Virus record (IMG/VR): IMGVR_UViG_3300012007_000009
Span: 64,001-128,000 of that record
Origin: a virus
Taxonomy: Duplodnaviria; Caudoviricetes
DNA length: 64,000 nucleotides
Strand: one strand, 5' to 3'
Both the position numbers and the translations under genes were made by a program. Under the pieces are notes generated by a model. That model worked only from the letters and a program-made list of their open reading frames with translations, made no database searches and was not told the DNA's origin. Of the stretch, positions 7,792 to 16,477 are shown one piece after another; position 1 is the first letter of the stretch, and every line of letters begins with the position of its first letter.

Positions 7792-8954
7792 CAGAAGAAG
7801 ACCTCCGCCTTGTGGAAGGACTGCTTCTTCTCCTTGTACGCCCTGATTCCCTCGAACCGCTTACGGGCGGCTTCCTTCTTCATGTTCCCGTACTTCAGCG
7901 CGAACAGTATGCCGGCCGCCTCCGGGTTGCGGACCCTGGCCTCTATTGCGTCACGACGGGCAAACCCCTCCTCGTCGACGGGAAGCTCCCCGGTCATTAC
8001 GGCACCGTTGATGTCCTTGCTCTTCAGGCCCTCCCAGGTAAACCACTTGAAACCGAGTTCGCATGTCCTGGCCCTCGCCTCCTGGCCCTTCTCGTCGTTG
8101 TCCCATATCACGACGACCTTGTCCTTGTTCTCCTTCAGCCGTGGATTGTCATTGAACACCGAATCAAAGTGCGGAATTCCGCCTATGGCAATGGCATTGT
8201 GGATAAATGTTGAATCTATCGTACCTTCCAGGATGTATATGGGCTCGTCGTAGTTGATGAAGTCTATGTTGTACGCGCCGCGCTTCACGCCTGCAAAGTT
8301 CAGGTAGCGGAGCGGGTTGCCCTGGTCTATCGCCCTCGCGTCGAACTGTCCCCACTTGCCACCGAAATGGTAGAACGGTATTATAATCCTGTTCTTGTAA
8401 CGGTTTCCGAGAGGCCTCCCGTGCTCGTCCAGCATGACGTTCCCGTTGGCGTCCCGGTCGAGGAACTGGTCACCCTCCTGGCACACGAACCACTCGGAGT
8501 AGACCTCCTCCCGTATCCTCCGGGAACGGCACAGGTTCAGCCCCGCGATTGCAAGCGGATGACCGGACATTATCGGGACGAGTTCGCCTTCCTTGAACGG
8601 GAGGGCCGATTCGAGGGGCCGCTGCTCGGCCTGCAGGGTAGTCTCCTTGTCCCTGCGGCCGCGCTGCGCCCCGAAAGCGCTGAACAGCAATCTCTGGTAG
8701 GCGTTCTCGTCGTGTGTGCGGAGCCACTTGGCGTATGGCATCATGGGGGTGCACTTGTAGCAGACGTACTGCCATGTATCGGTATAGATGTACGCCTTCT
8801 TCTTGTTCGGGCGGTTTATGTCGCCGCATTCCGGGTTCGGACAGACGAAGTTGTAGTACCCGGCATGCGAGTCATCCAGGGCAAACCCGGAGAACTGCTC
8901 GTGTATCGAGTCGTCGTAGACTGCGGCCGGTATGTCGTCGTATGATATTGCCAT
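7791..8954 (-). CDS. T4 gp61-like DNA primase
   Basis: Zn ribbon CPNPECGD...CYKC, RIIIPF, TOPRIM IYILEGTIDS, VIWDND, KDIN. Confidence 0.9.
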   Translation of the reverse strand: MAISYDDIPAAVYDDSIHEQFSGFALDDSHAGYYNFVCPNPECGDINRPNKKKAYIYTDTWQYVCYKCTPMMPYAKWLRTHDENAYQRLLFSAFGAQRGRRDKETTLQAEQRPLESALPFKEGELVPIMSGHPLAIAGLNLCRSRRIREEVYSEWFVCQEGDQFLDRDANGNVMLDEHGRPLGNRYKNRIIIPFYHFGGKWGQFDARAIDQGNPLRYLNFAGVKRGAYNIDFINYDEPIYILEGTIDSTFIHNAIAIGGIPHFDSVFNDNPRLKENKDKVVVIWDNDEKGQEARARTCELGFKWFTWEGLKSKDINGAVMTGELPVDEEGFARRDAIEARVRNPEAAGILFALKYGNMKKEAARKRFEGIRAYKEKKQSFHKAEVFF

Positions 8955-8964
8955 TCTGATAAGA

Positions 8965-8976
8965 AATATAGTAAAA
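8965..8976 (-). promoter_or_regulatory. Host-type -10 element (TTTTACTATATT)
   Basis: Same motif precedes gp32 (10601) and helicase (14524) genes. Confidence 0.6.
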
Positions 8977-8979
8977 AAG

Positions 8980-9011
8980 AAAAGGACTGGATAGCATCTC
9001 CAGTCCTTTTT
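8980..9011 (-). terminator. Intrinsic terminator after gp32
   Basis: AAAAGGACTGGA-7nt-TCCAGTCCTTTT inverted repeat with T tracts on both strands. Confidence 0.8.
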
Positions 9012-9041
9012 GCTACTGATTTGCTAAAAAGTTAGCCTAGG

Positions 9042-10520
9042 CTAAAATGGCAAATCGTCATCGCTGTCCGTCTCGACAATCGGGGCAGGGCCAGCCTGCG
9101 GAGGCATCATCTGAGCCGGCTGTGCCAGGGGAGGCGCAGCGGGCGGAACATATGCCTGCTGTTGCGGTGCTACCGGGGCAGCGGGGGCTGCAGGAGCGGG
9201 CGCTACCGGGGCTGCCTGGGGCATTCCGAACTGAGGAGCGGGGGCTGCCTGGGGGAATGCGGGGGCTGCGGGAGCGGGGGCTGCGGGAGCAGGAGCGAAT
9301 GCCGGGTTAGGGGCAAACGCTGGCGTCACGGGAGCTGCGGCTGCAGGGATAGGAGCCGGCATCTGCACGTTAGGTACAGCCGGAGCCATCTGCTGTTGCT
9401 GGCCCATGAACGCTGCAGGGTTGGTGTTGCTGGTAATCTTGGCGTTGGCAGGCACCTGCGGGATGCTGTTCTGAGTACCGGGCTGCATGCCCATGGGCAT
9501 CTGTGCACCGGTCTGGAACGGCTGCGCGGCATATGCCGGGGCAACGGCGGCCGGAGCCACGCCCATCTGCTGGGCACCAGCACCATATCCGGTCTGGTAG
9601 CCGGAAGCGGCCTTCTGGCGGGACAGGGCGTTGGCCTCATCCCAGAACTTCTGCAGCATGGCGATAGCTTCCTGCGGTGTCGGAATGTCCTGCATCACGA
9701 AACTGAGGTCATGACACTGGTCAAGAATCGCATAGATGGATTCGGTATCGATGACCGAAGTGGCCACGTTTGTAGCGGGGTCGACTACGGTCTTGGTGAA
9801 CAGAGGGCTCGGGTTCTTGGCGAAGGCGCTTCCCTTGTAGGTAGGAGCACCCTTCCTGCCGGTACCGAACGACTTCTCTGCATCCCACACGCCGTTGAGC
9901 ACGTAGTCATATCCGTTGGTCGGGTCATAGGGCACGAATGCGTCACCTGTATCAACGTTGACATCGTCAGTAATGCCTTGTGCAGCCTTGGTAAGCTTCT
10001 CGTTGTACTTGTCCACGGGTTCCTGGAAGGCAGCGTGCTGGTACTTGGAGTGGGGCCACACCTTGACCTGGTTGTTATACTCTGGGTGGTTTGTATCCTG
10101 ACGGATGAGGAAGTTACCGTACCATTCTTCCTCGGGAAGCTGCTGGAGGTATCTCTTCAAGCTATCCTTGGTTGCGCCCGGCTGCTCCTTGGCTGCGCGG
10201 TAGCGTGCCCACACGTCCTCGCAGAACGGGCAGTTGCGTTCGCCCGGAATGTTCTTGCAGCACTTGACCGTCAGGGTCTTGCCGCTGTTCACGTCGCGCA
10301 AGCGGTGAATCATCACGCTCACGTAGGGATAGGCATTGAGGTTCCTCCCGTTGGGGAGGGCACGTACGACCGCCTTGTAGGTGGTGTTGTTCTTCGTCAC
10401 CTTCGGACGCCAGATTCGCGGGTCCGTATTCACCCCGCCCTGTGCAGTGGCCTGCGGGGCAGGAGCCGGCGCGGACACCATGAGCATACCACCATTGGGT
10501 ACTTGTTGCATGTTTTCCAT
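9042..10520 (-). CDS. T4 gp32-like single-stranded DNA-binding protein with long P/A/Q linker
   Basis: DPRIWRP, AVVRALP, CPFCE, QVKVW, PYDPTNGYDY, TYKGSAF are gp32-family motifs; ends DSDDDLPF. Confidence 0.85.
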   Translation of the reverse strand: MENMQQVPNGGMLMVSAPAPAPQATAQGGVNTDPRIWRPKVTKNNTTYKAVVRALPNGRNLNAYPYVSVMIHRLRDVNSGKTLTVKCCKNIPGERNCPFCEDVWARYRAAKEQPGATKDSLKRYLQQLPEEEWYGNFLIRQDTNHPEYNNQVKVWPHSKYQHAAFQEPVDKYNEKLTKAAQGITDDVNVDTGDAFVPYDPTNGYDYVLNGVWDAEKSFGTGRKGAPTYKGSAFAKNPSPLFTKTVVDPATNVATSVIDTESIYAILDQCHDLSFVMQDIPTPQEAIAMLQKFWDEANALSRQKAASGYQTGYGAGAQQMGVAPAAVAPAYAAQPFQTGAQMPMGMQPGTQNSIPQVPANAKITSNTNPAAFMGQQQQMAPAVPNVQMPAPIPAAAAPVTPAFAPNPAFAPAPAAPAPAAPAFPQAAPAPQFGMPQAAPVAPAPAAPAAPVAPQQQAYVPPAAPPLAQPAQMMPPQAGPAPIVETDSDDDLPF

Positions 10521-10559
10521 AGGATTTATCCTTCTGAAAGTTGTTTAACTATAGTTCAT

Positions 10560-10612
10560 GGACCGCACCCTAAAGCATGCCGGGTGCTGGTCCACACTTA
10601 AATATAGTAAAA
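10560..10612 (-). promoter_or_regulatory. gp32 promoter (-10 TATATT at 10601-10606) and leader hairpin (10560-10593)
   Basis: GGACC-A-GCACCC / GGGTGC-GGTCC stem followed by an A/U-rich stretch up to the start codon. Confidence 0.55.
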
Positions 10613-10629
10613 TCGGCTGTCAGAAGATG

Positions 10630-11313
10630 TCATTCTGAAGATTTTTCTTCGTTTTTGGTCGATTTCAGGTGAGGGATTGCCATTTTCGGGCCGTTTTCGT
10701 GCCCGATAAGCTGGAGTTTCTCCGCCTTTTCCAGGGAAGCCTCGACAAGCTGGTCGAAATCGTCGGGTATGGAGTAGTCCTCCTCGGTGGCGAACTCCTT
10801 CTCCAGCTCGGCCGCACACTCGGACAGTATGTCCTCGAAGTTCCACCCGATGCACTTCTGCGTCGTGTTGTCGATGATGCACGCCTCGACGAACCGCCTG
10901 GACACCTCGTCGTGCGACAGGGCCTCCTCGGTGACGTTCGGGTTGTACTCGTCGTCCACGTGCATGACACCCTCGTGCTGCTCGTCCTTGACCGTAAGAA
11001 TCTTTGCGGCTTCCTTGTCGTCCATATACGTAGATTCCGAAACTTCCTCGGACTCACGCTCGAACTCGGGAGCCCTCATCATGTAGTCCTTGCCCAGCAG
11101 CGGATTGTTCCTGCTCTCGCGAAGGTTTGTAATCCACTTGTTGTACGCCTCGGTCTTGACCAGCTGGCTATGAGCCGACTTGTCGAAGTCCGCGTTCACT
11201 ATGAGGGCGGACGTGGTCTCAATCTCCTTCTCCCTGCCGGCGAACTTCTTCTCGTACTCGTCGTTCTCGGCCTTCAGGGTATTGCCGTATTCCGGAAACT
11301 TGAACCTAGCCAT
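10630..11313 (-). CDS. Hypothetical acidic protein
   Basis: 227 aa ORF, coupled to the upstream gene, phage-like codon usage. Confidence 0.7.
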   Translation of the reverse strand: MARFKFPEYGNTLKAENDEYEKKFAGREKEIETTSALIVNADFDKSAHSQLVKTEAYNKWITNLRESRNNPLLGKDYMMRAPEFERESEEVSESTYMDDKEAAKILTVKDEQHEGVMHVDDEYNPNVTEEALSHDEVSRRFVEACIIDNTTQKCIGWNFEDILSECAAELEKEFATEEDYSIPDDFDQLVEASLEKAEKLQLIGHENGPKMAIPHLKSTKNEEKSSE

Positions 11314-12001
11314 TGTTCATGTCCCTCATGATTGCGTCAATCTCGTCCATATTGATGTCCATCTCGTCGAAGTCTGGCTTCACGCTGTCGACTTCCTCGA
11401 CGACCTTCCTCACCTTGCCCTCGCCAAGGCACAGCGGGCATTCCTCCCCGTCTATCTCGCCCTCACCGTGGCATTCCGGGCAGGTAACCACGTCGTCGTG
11501 ACGGTCATCCCGGAGCTTCACCGGGTGCTTGGCAACATATTCCAGCTCCGCGTCGGAAATCCGGATGCCCTTCTCCTCGGCGACCTTCTGCTTGATGTCG
11601 TTCTCCAGGATTAGGCTGAACTTGATGGGGTCCACTGACGGCGCCAGGGTCATCAGTATGTCGAACATGCCGAATCCCGGGACCTCGTACTCCCTCCCGC
11701 TGCGGTCCACTCGCTTCACCGTACGCGCATACTTCTTGTAGGCGTTCCACAGGGCCAGATTGACCTTGTCCTTCGCCTTCTTGAGGTAGGTGTCGGGCAT
11801 CGTGAGGGTAATGCAGATGTCGCCCGGGAACCGCTGGGTCATCAGGAACTTGTTGATTTCCGCCGCTATGTCGTCGTTTCCGAGCTTTCCCTGCGCATCG
11901 GAGCCGGACGGCCCCATCTCGTCCCCGCGGTTGACGCCATCGGTTTCCTGGGGGTCGCCGGGAGACTGCTCGATATCGTCTTCTTCCATGCCGTAGTTCA
12001 T
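11306..12001 (-). CDS. Hypothetical protein with DnaJ-type zinc finger; possible gp33-like segment
   Basis: CPECHGEG...CPLCLGEG; KFSLILENDIKQKVAEE loosely resembles the gp33 core (weak). Confidence 0.6.
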   Translation of the reverse strand: MNYGMEEDDIEQSPGDPQETDGVNRGDEMGPSGSDAQGKLGNDDIAAEINKFLMTQRFPGDICITLTMPDTYLKKAKDKVNLALWNAYKKYARTVKRVDRSGREYEVPGFGMFDILMTLAPSVDPIKFSLILENDIKQKVAEEKGIRISDAELEYVAKHPVKLRDDRHDDVVTCPECHGEGEIDGEECPLCLGEGKVRKVVEEVDSVKPDFDEMDINMDEIDAIMRDMNNG

Positions 12002-12036
12002 AAAATCCTGCCGAATGCTTGTATCCGGTAGGAAAA

Positions 12037-12801
12037 CTATGCTTTTTTGGTGGATTTTCGACGGGTGGGTTTCTTTCTCTGGGCCAAGGCTTCAAGGTCG
12101 ACCGGCCAGTCGTCCATCCTGACCATGGAATAGTCGACAAGGGCCCTGGTATCGTACAGCTTCCTGGTGGTATGGTAAGTCAGCAGGGCCAGTATGTCCG
12201 GGGGAAGGCTGTCGGGACCCAGAATGTCGTACTTTATGTGGTTCCTGAGTATCTCGCACATCCAGAATGCGTCACATAGGTCGGAATGCGGGCTCTCGTA
12301 CTGCCTCGGGAACTGCTCGAACTCCGGATAGTAGAACTGGGGGTACACAGCCTTCATCGCCTCGCACATGGCAATCTTGCCGGCATCGCCGTTACCTGTC
12401 GCGAAATGCTTAATCTGGCCTATCCCGTAGGTTATTATACCCTTGCCCTGCAGGTAGAAGTGCCTGCGGTACACCCCGCAGAACTCACCAATCTGGAAAA
12501 TGGAGTTGCTGTTGCCCTCGTTGGCCTTCTCGTACGCGTAATCCTCGAAGGATACGTACTTGACGTCCTCCATGTCGCGCTCGAGTATCCTGACCGCGCG
12601 TTCCTGCCTCACCAGCATGGGTACCTTGTCGTAGTCGGTCCCGCTGCACATGATATGGACGTGTTCGGTCTCCAGGACGGCATTCAGTTTTGGCTGGTAT
12701 CCGTAGAACTGGATATCCTTGATGTCAAAGTTTTCGTCGTCGAGGTCCATTATGACCTTTCCCGACGAGTTCATCGATGGGTCTATCCCGGCAATCTTCA
12801 T
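12037..12801 (-). CDS. RuvC-like Holliday junction resolvase
   Basis: KIAGIDPSMNSSG, VSFEDYAY, IKHFATGNGDAGK, SDLCDAF. Confidence 0.85.
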   Translation of the reverse strand: MKIAGIDPSMNSSGKVIMDLDDENFDIKDIQFYGYQPKLNAVLETEHVHIMCSGTDYDKVPMLVRQERAVRILERDMEDVKYVSFEDYAYEKANEGNSNSIFQIGEFCGVYRRHFYLQGKGIITYGIGQIKHFATGNGDAGKIAMCEAMKAVYPQFYYPEFEQFPRQYESPHSDLCDAFWMCEILRNHIKYDILGPDSLPPDILALLTYHTTRKLYDTRALVDYSMVRMDDWPVDLEALAQRKKPTRRKSTKKA

Positions 12802-12810
12802 GGTATCCGC

Positions 12811-14493
12811 CTATACGTAGTCGCCCACCGTCTCCAGCTCCACATTCACGTCTTCCTTGGGAAGTTCCGGATTCGTACCGGGAACCGCCTGTGCTTCCTG
12901 GGGCTTACCTATTGCCCTCTTGGGTCCGCCATCCTTCTTGCCGCCACGCGGGGCGTTTATCTGCGGTTCCGCCTCCGCCATCGCCATGTTGTAGGCGTTG
13001 ACTTCGTCCTTGGTCGGACTGAACCATCTCATCTGCTTGAAGTCGCACCTGGTAAGGAACATGACAAGAGCAGGACCGAGACGAGATTTCAGAATGTAGT
13101 GGCTGAACATTCCCATCGAGCGCAGCACGTCGTTGGCCGTCAGCGAAATCATCAAGTCGGCAGTCTCGGCGTAACCGGAAGAACCTTCCACGGATTCAAT
13201 ACCAGCTTCGACATTGTGGTAGCCGCTCCTGTTGAACTGCACTGCGGATACGCAAGCGAAGTTCCTCTCTATGGCGATGTCGCGGAGCTGTTCGGCCTTC
13301 ATTACGCCGTCGTTGTACATGGAGCTCTCGCTGACCCTTCCCCTCGTGGCCGGCTTCATGATGCCGATATAGTCGACCACCAGAAGGTCCAGCTTGCCGT
13401 GCGCAATCTCGAAGGAATCGATGACCGCCTCAATCTCGACGGGAGTGGTGGTCGTCTTCATGTACCTCACCTGTAGCTGTCCGGGGCGCGCGCCGGTCTG
13501 CCGGCATGCCTCGACTTCCGCGTCAATCTTCTGGCGAACCATGTCTCCGGTAAGCTGCAGGACATCGTAGAAATCGGTGGAACAGATGTTCGATGCCAGC
13601 CTCTGCCAGACATAATCCTCTGCAAGTTCCAGGGTAATATACAGTACATTGAAGCCGTTCTTGTAGGCGAATGCGGCCTCGCTACAAAGAGTCAGCGACT
13701 TACCGATATTGGGCTGACCCACGAATAGTGTCAGCGTCTTGCGGTAGTATCCGCCGCCGGCCATGATACCGTTGACGTCGGGCCGCCCGGTGTAGTACCT
13801 AATCTCGTTGATTCCGGACGGTATGCACTGCTTCTGCTCACGCAACTTCGCCAGTGCCAAATCGGCATCGGTATACATGTTGATGCCGAGGTCGGTATGC
13901 AGGCTGTAATTGACTGCCGCCTGCAGCTTAGGAATCAGGTCGCGTATGCCGTCTACTCGCTTGTCATGAATCGATTCCGCCGCACTGACCAGGATTTCCT
14001 CCGACAGCCGTTCCTTGAAGAAGGATTCAATCATCAGGACAACGTAGTCCTGGTGCATCGCCTGAATCGGGGTATTGTAGATGAACATCAGCTTGTCGCG
14101 GGCCTGTATGGCGTAGTCGTTCGCCCCCATTCCCGTGATGAGTTCCTGCGCGGTAGGCATCCTGCCGTGCTTGTGCTCGAACTTCCTGATTATGTCGACA
14201 ATGTTCCGGTTGTTCTCATCCTGGAACAGCTCGGGACGCAGGGTTTCCCGCATCTTAGGGCCCACCGAGGAGTCCTGGAAAAATACTCTGATTACTAAGT
14301 CTTCCCGGGTAAGCGCAATGACCTGCTGCTGCGGCACGAGGTAAGCCGGCTGTGTTGCCGGTTGGACGGCATACTGCTGCGGCATCACCTGCTGCTGCAT
14401 CATCGGCGGGAACCCAGCCTGTGCTGTCGGCTGTTCCATTTGTCCTGCCACCGCTGGCTGTTGCGGATACGTCGGGGTTTGAAAGGTTTCCAT
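12811..14493 (-). CDS. T4 gp41-like replicative helicase (DnaB family)
   Basis: Walker A GQPNIGKS, NVLYITLE, LLVVDYIGIM, SAVQFNRSG, LKSRLG; Q/P-rich N-terminus. Confidence 0.9.
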   Translation of the reverse strand: METFQTPTYPQQPAVAGQMEQPTAQAGFPPMMQQQVMPQQYAVQPATQPAYLVPQQQVIALTREDLVIRVFFQDSSVGPKMRETLRPELFQDENNRNIVDIIRKFEHKHGRMPTAQELITGMGANDYAIQARDKLMFIYNTPIQAMHQDYVVLMIESFFKERLSEEILVSAAESIHDKRVDGIRDLIPKLQAAVNYSLHTDLGINMYTDADLALAKLREQKQCIPSGINEIRYYTGRPDVNGIMAGGGYYRKTLTLFVGQPNIGKSLTLCSEAAFAYKNGFNVLYITLELAEDYVWQRLASNICSTDFYDVLQLTGDMVRQKIDAEVEACRQTGARPGQLQVRYMKTTTTPVEIEAVIDSFEIAHGKLDLLVVDYIGIMKPATRGRVSESSMYNDGVMKAEQLRDIAIERNFACVSAVQFNRSGYHNVEAGIESVEGSSGYAETADLMISLTANDVLRSMGMFSHYILKSRLGPALVMFLTRCDFKQMRWFSPTKDEVNAYNMAMAEAEPQINAPRGGKKDGGPKRAIGKPQEAQAVPGTNPELPKEDVNVELETVGDYV

Positions 14494-14523
14494 AGGTCCA
14501 AATCCGTCGTTATCTCGAAAAGA

Positions 14524-14556
14524 AATATAGTAAAAAATGCCCGGTCAACCCGGGCA
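14524..14556 (-). terminator. Terminator after uvsX overlapping the helicase promoter
   Basis: Minus strand TGCCCGG-5nt-CCGGGCA-TTTTTT then ACTATATT. Confidence 0.65.
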
Positions 14557-14578
14557 ATTTCATGATTCCAGGAAGGTC

Positions 14579-15916
14579 CTACTCGGAATCCATTTCTGAC
14601 TCGGCCTGCAGCCCGAGGGCCTCGGCTTGCTGCGCGGCCTTCTTGATGAGCTTGCTGTTGATTTCGGCATCCGCCGTATCGAGCAATGACTCGTCGAGAC
14701 CGGACAGTTCCTCCTCCGTGGCGTTCTCCGCGTTGTCGTCGCCGAACACGCCGAGCTTCTGGTTCTTGTACTTGGCCTTCACGTAATCGTTGATTGGGTC
14801 GAGAATGGTGCCGATGTACTTGGCCGAATGCAGCTTCGGCTCCGGGGCGACAATCCATTCCGTCCTGGGCTTGCGCGGGTCGCAGATGACCCATTTCTTT
14901 CCCATAAAGGTCTTGCCCGACTCATCCTTGGGGAGCTCCAACCCCGGCCAGTCGGCCTGTTTCGTGTATGGTACAATAAGTCCGGCTTCCTCTGCCCAAA
15001 CGTGAAGCCCGTAATAACGGCTGAGGCCGTTCTTGTAGCTGAGGTAAAGACGGGTACCGAACCCCTCGTGCACCATCCTGTTCTTGATATTGCCAACCTG
15101 GATGAATATGCCCTGCACTTCCTTTGCCTTCTTCCCATCCCTCTGGATGTCGACTCGCTCGAGAAGCTTGTACACAGACAATATGACCGAAGCGGAATAC
15201 TTGGCACCTTCACCGCCGGCGACCTTCTTCGTCTCGGTATGGGTCACCGCCGCGTTGGGGTCGATATACATGTGGTTGGTCACGTACATGGGGGCACCGA
15301 GTTCACCGAGGCGGAAAGTGATATCCCTGTACATGGCGGACAGCTTCTTGGCCTTTGTGAGGTCCGTCTTGTCCTCGTTGGCAAGGACGTCGTTGATGTT
15401 CTTGTTGGTGGAGAGCATACCCTGGGAATCGAGCACGAACGCAACCTTGTTCGGGTTGATTAGGGTCTTGTTCTTCTCCATGTAATCCTCGAGCTGCTTG
15501 AGGATTGTGGATATACCGTGATGACAGTCCTCCACCGTGTGGAAGTGAAGCACCTTGAACTGTCTTGCCGGGAAGGAAGCGTAGTTGCTCAGGTCCTCCC
15601 TGGTCGTCTCGTTCTCCGTATCGATATAGTAGATGAAGTAGTTGTCGGCGAACAGCGGGGGACAGAAGTTGTACTTGCCGAGCAGGGACTTGCCTGAGCC
15701 CTGGAGACCGGCGGCCTGAACCACCTTGTTCTTTGGGAAACCACCGTAACAGTCGCCGCACAGGACTGCGTTCAATGCATAGCTTCCGCTGTCGGCAAAT
15801 CCGTATGTCGGGCGGTCGACCCCCGCATCGACGAACTTGTCCGTTGTGACCACCGTGTCGAAGAACGCCCACGGGTTCTCCGCAAGGGCGTCCGCACCTT
15901 TCTTCTTGCTAGCCAT
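14579..15916 (-). CDS. uvsX: UvsX RecA-like recombinase
   Basis: DSGSYALNAVLCG, Walker A GLQGSGKS, YIDTE, VLDSQGML, TNHMY, GGEGAKYSAS. Confidence 0.9.
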   Translation of the reverse strand: MASKKKGADALAENPWAFFDTVVTTDKFVDAGVDRPTYGFADSGSYALNAVLCGDCYGGFPKNKVVQAAGLQGSGKSLLGKYNFCPPLFADNYFIYYIDTENETTREDLSNYASFPARQFKVLHFHTVEDCHHGISTILKQLEDYMEKNKTLINPNKVAFVLDSQGMLSTNKNINDVLANEDKTDLTKAKKLSAMYRDITFRLGELGAPMYVTNHMYIDPNAAVTHTETKKVAGGEGAKYSASVILSVYKLLERVDIQRDGKKAKEVQGIFIQVGNIKNRMVHEGFGTRLYLSYKNGLSRYYGLHVWAEEAGLIVPYTKQADWPGLELPKDESGKTFMGKKWVICDPRKPRTEWIVAPEPKLHSAKYIGTILDPINDYVKAKYKNQKLGVFGDDNAENATEEELSGLDESLLDTADAEINSKLIKKAAQQAEALGLQAESEMDSE

Positions 15917-15939
15917 ATAGCTACCTCTTCAATAAAAAA

Positions 15940-16251
15940 TTAACCGGCCGCATTTCCCGCGGTCAGTACGCTGTAAAAGTGTGACTTCTTGTAGGTGCTA
16001 TGGTTGAAGACGCGCCCGGCCTTCTTCAGCTCCATGTACAGGCGGTACGCCGGGTTGTCGTGCAGCAGCCTGTCGGTTGGCACGCCATAAGGCGCCGGCT
16101 GCACCGGGATGTCGAAATCCCACGTGCTGACGAAACCGAATTCTATGTCGTATCCGACATATACGCCAGCTTCGTGCAGCTCCCTTGAGCTCAAACCGGT
16201 TATACGCGATATACCGGGAGCATCTCTGTATAATAAGATTGCTTCTTCCAT
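15940..16251 (-). CDS. Hypothetical protein
   Basis: ATG 16251 lies just downstream of a promoter; first gene of the uvsX unit. Confidence 0.6.
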   Translation of the reverse strand: MEEAILLYRDAPGISRITGLSSRELHEAGVYVGYDIEFGFVSTWDFDIPVQPAPYGVPTDRLLHDNPAYRLYMELKKAGRVFNHSTYKKSHFYSVLTAGNAAG

Positions 16252-16264
16252 AGGTCCATAAAGC

Positions 16265-16293
16265 AATATAACTTTTGGAAAAATAAAATGCAA
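16265..16293 (-). promoter_or_regulatory. Sigma70-type promoter
   Basis: TTGCAT-17bp-TATATT on minus strand. Confidence 0.7.
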
Positions 16294-16387
16294 GTGCCTT
16301 ATGCAAATTTTTTAAATGGCTATGTCCACCCAAAGTGTTGCTAGTTTGAAAAATCGTTGAAATTAGTCCAATTTCGCCATTTTCCAC

Positions 16388-16415
16388 CCCTATGTAAACC
16401 AAACTTTACATAGGG
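16388..16415. repeat. Perfect 11-6-11 inverted repeat
   Basis: CCCTATGTAAA-CCAAAC-TTTACATAGGG upstream of the transposase. Confidence 0.85.
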
Positions 16416-16477
16416 TTTGCTATTGACATAATATGACACTCCTGTTTTGCTATATTTCCATTATAGAAGGAGGTCTT

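Noticed and set aside
8198-8206. Perfect single DnaA box (TTATCCACA, minus strand) in primase gene; near-match at 15506
   Set aside because: Isolated 9-mers are expected by chance in 64 kb; worth rechecking only if the 23315 array is confirmed.
9100-9360. GGGGCTGC-type tandem repeats
   Set aside because: Explained by Pro/Ala codons of the gp32 linker.
11175-11200. NADFD resembling the RNA polymerase NADFDGD motif
   Set aside because: Reads NADFDKS, lacks the third Asp, and the protein is only 227 aa.
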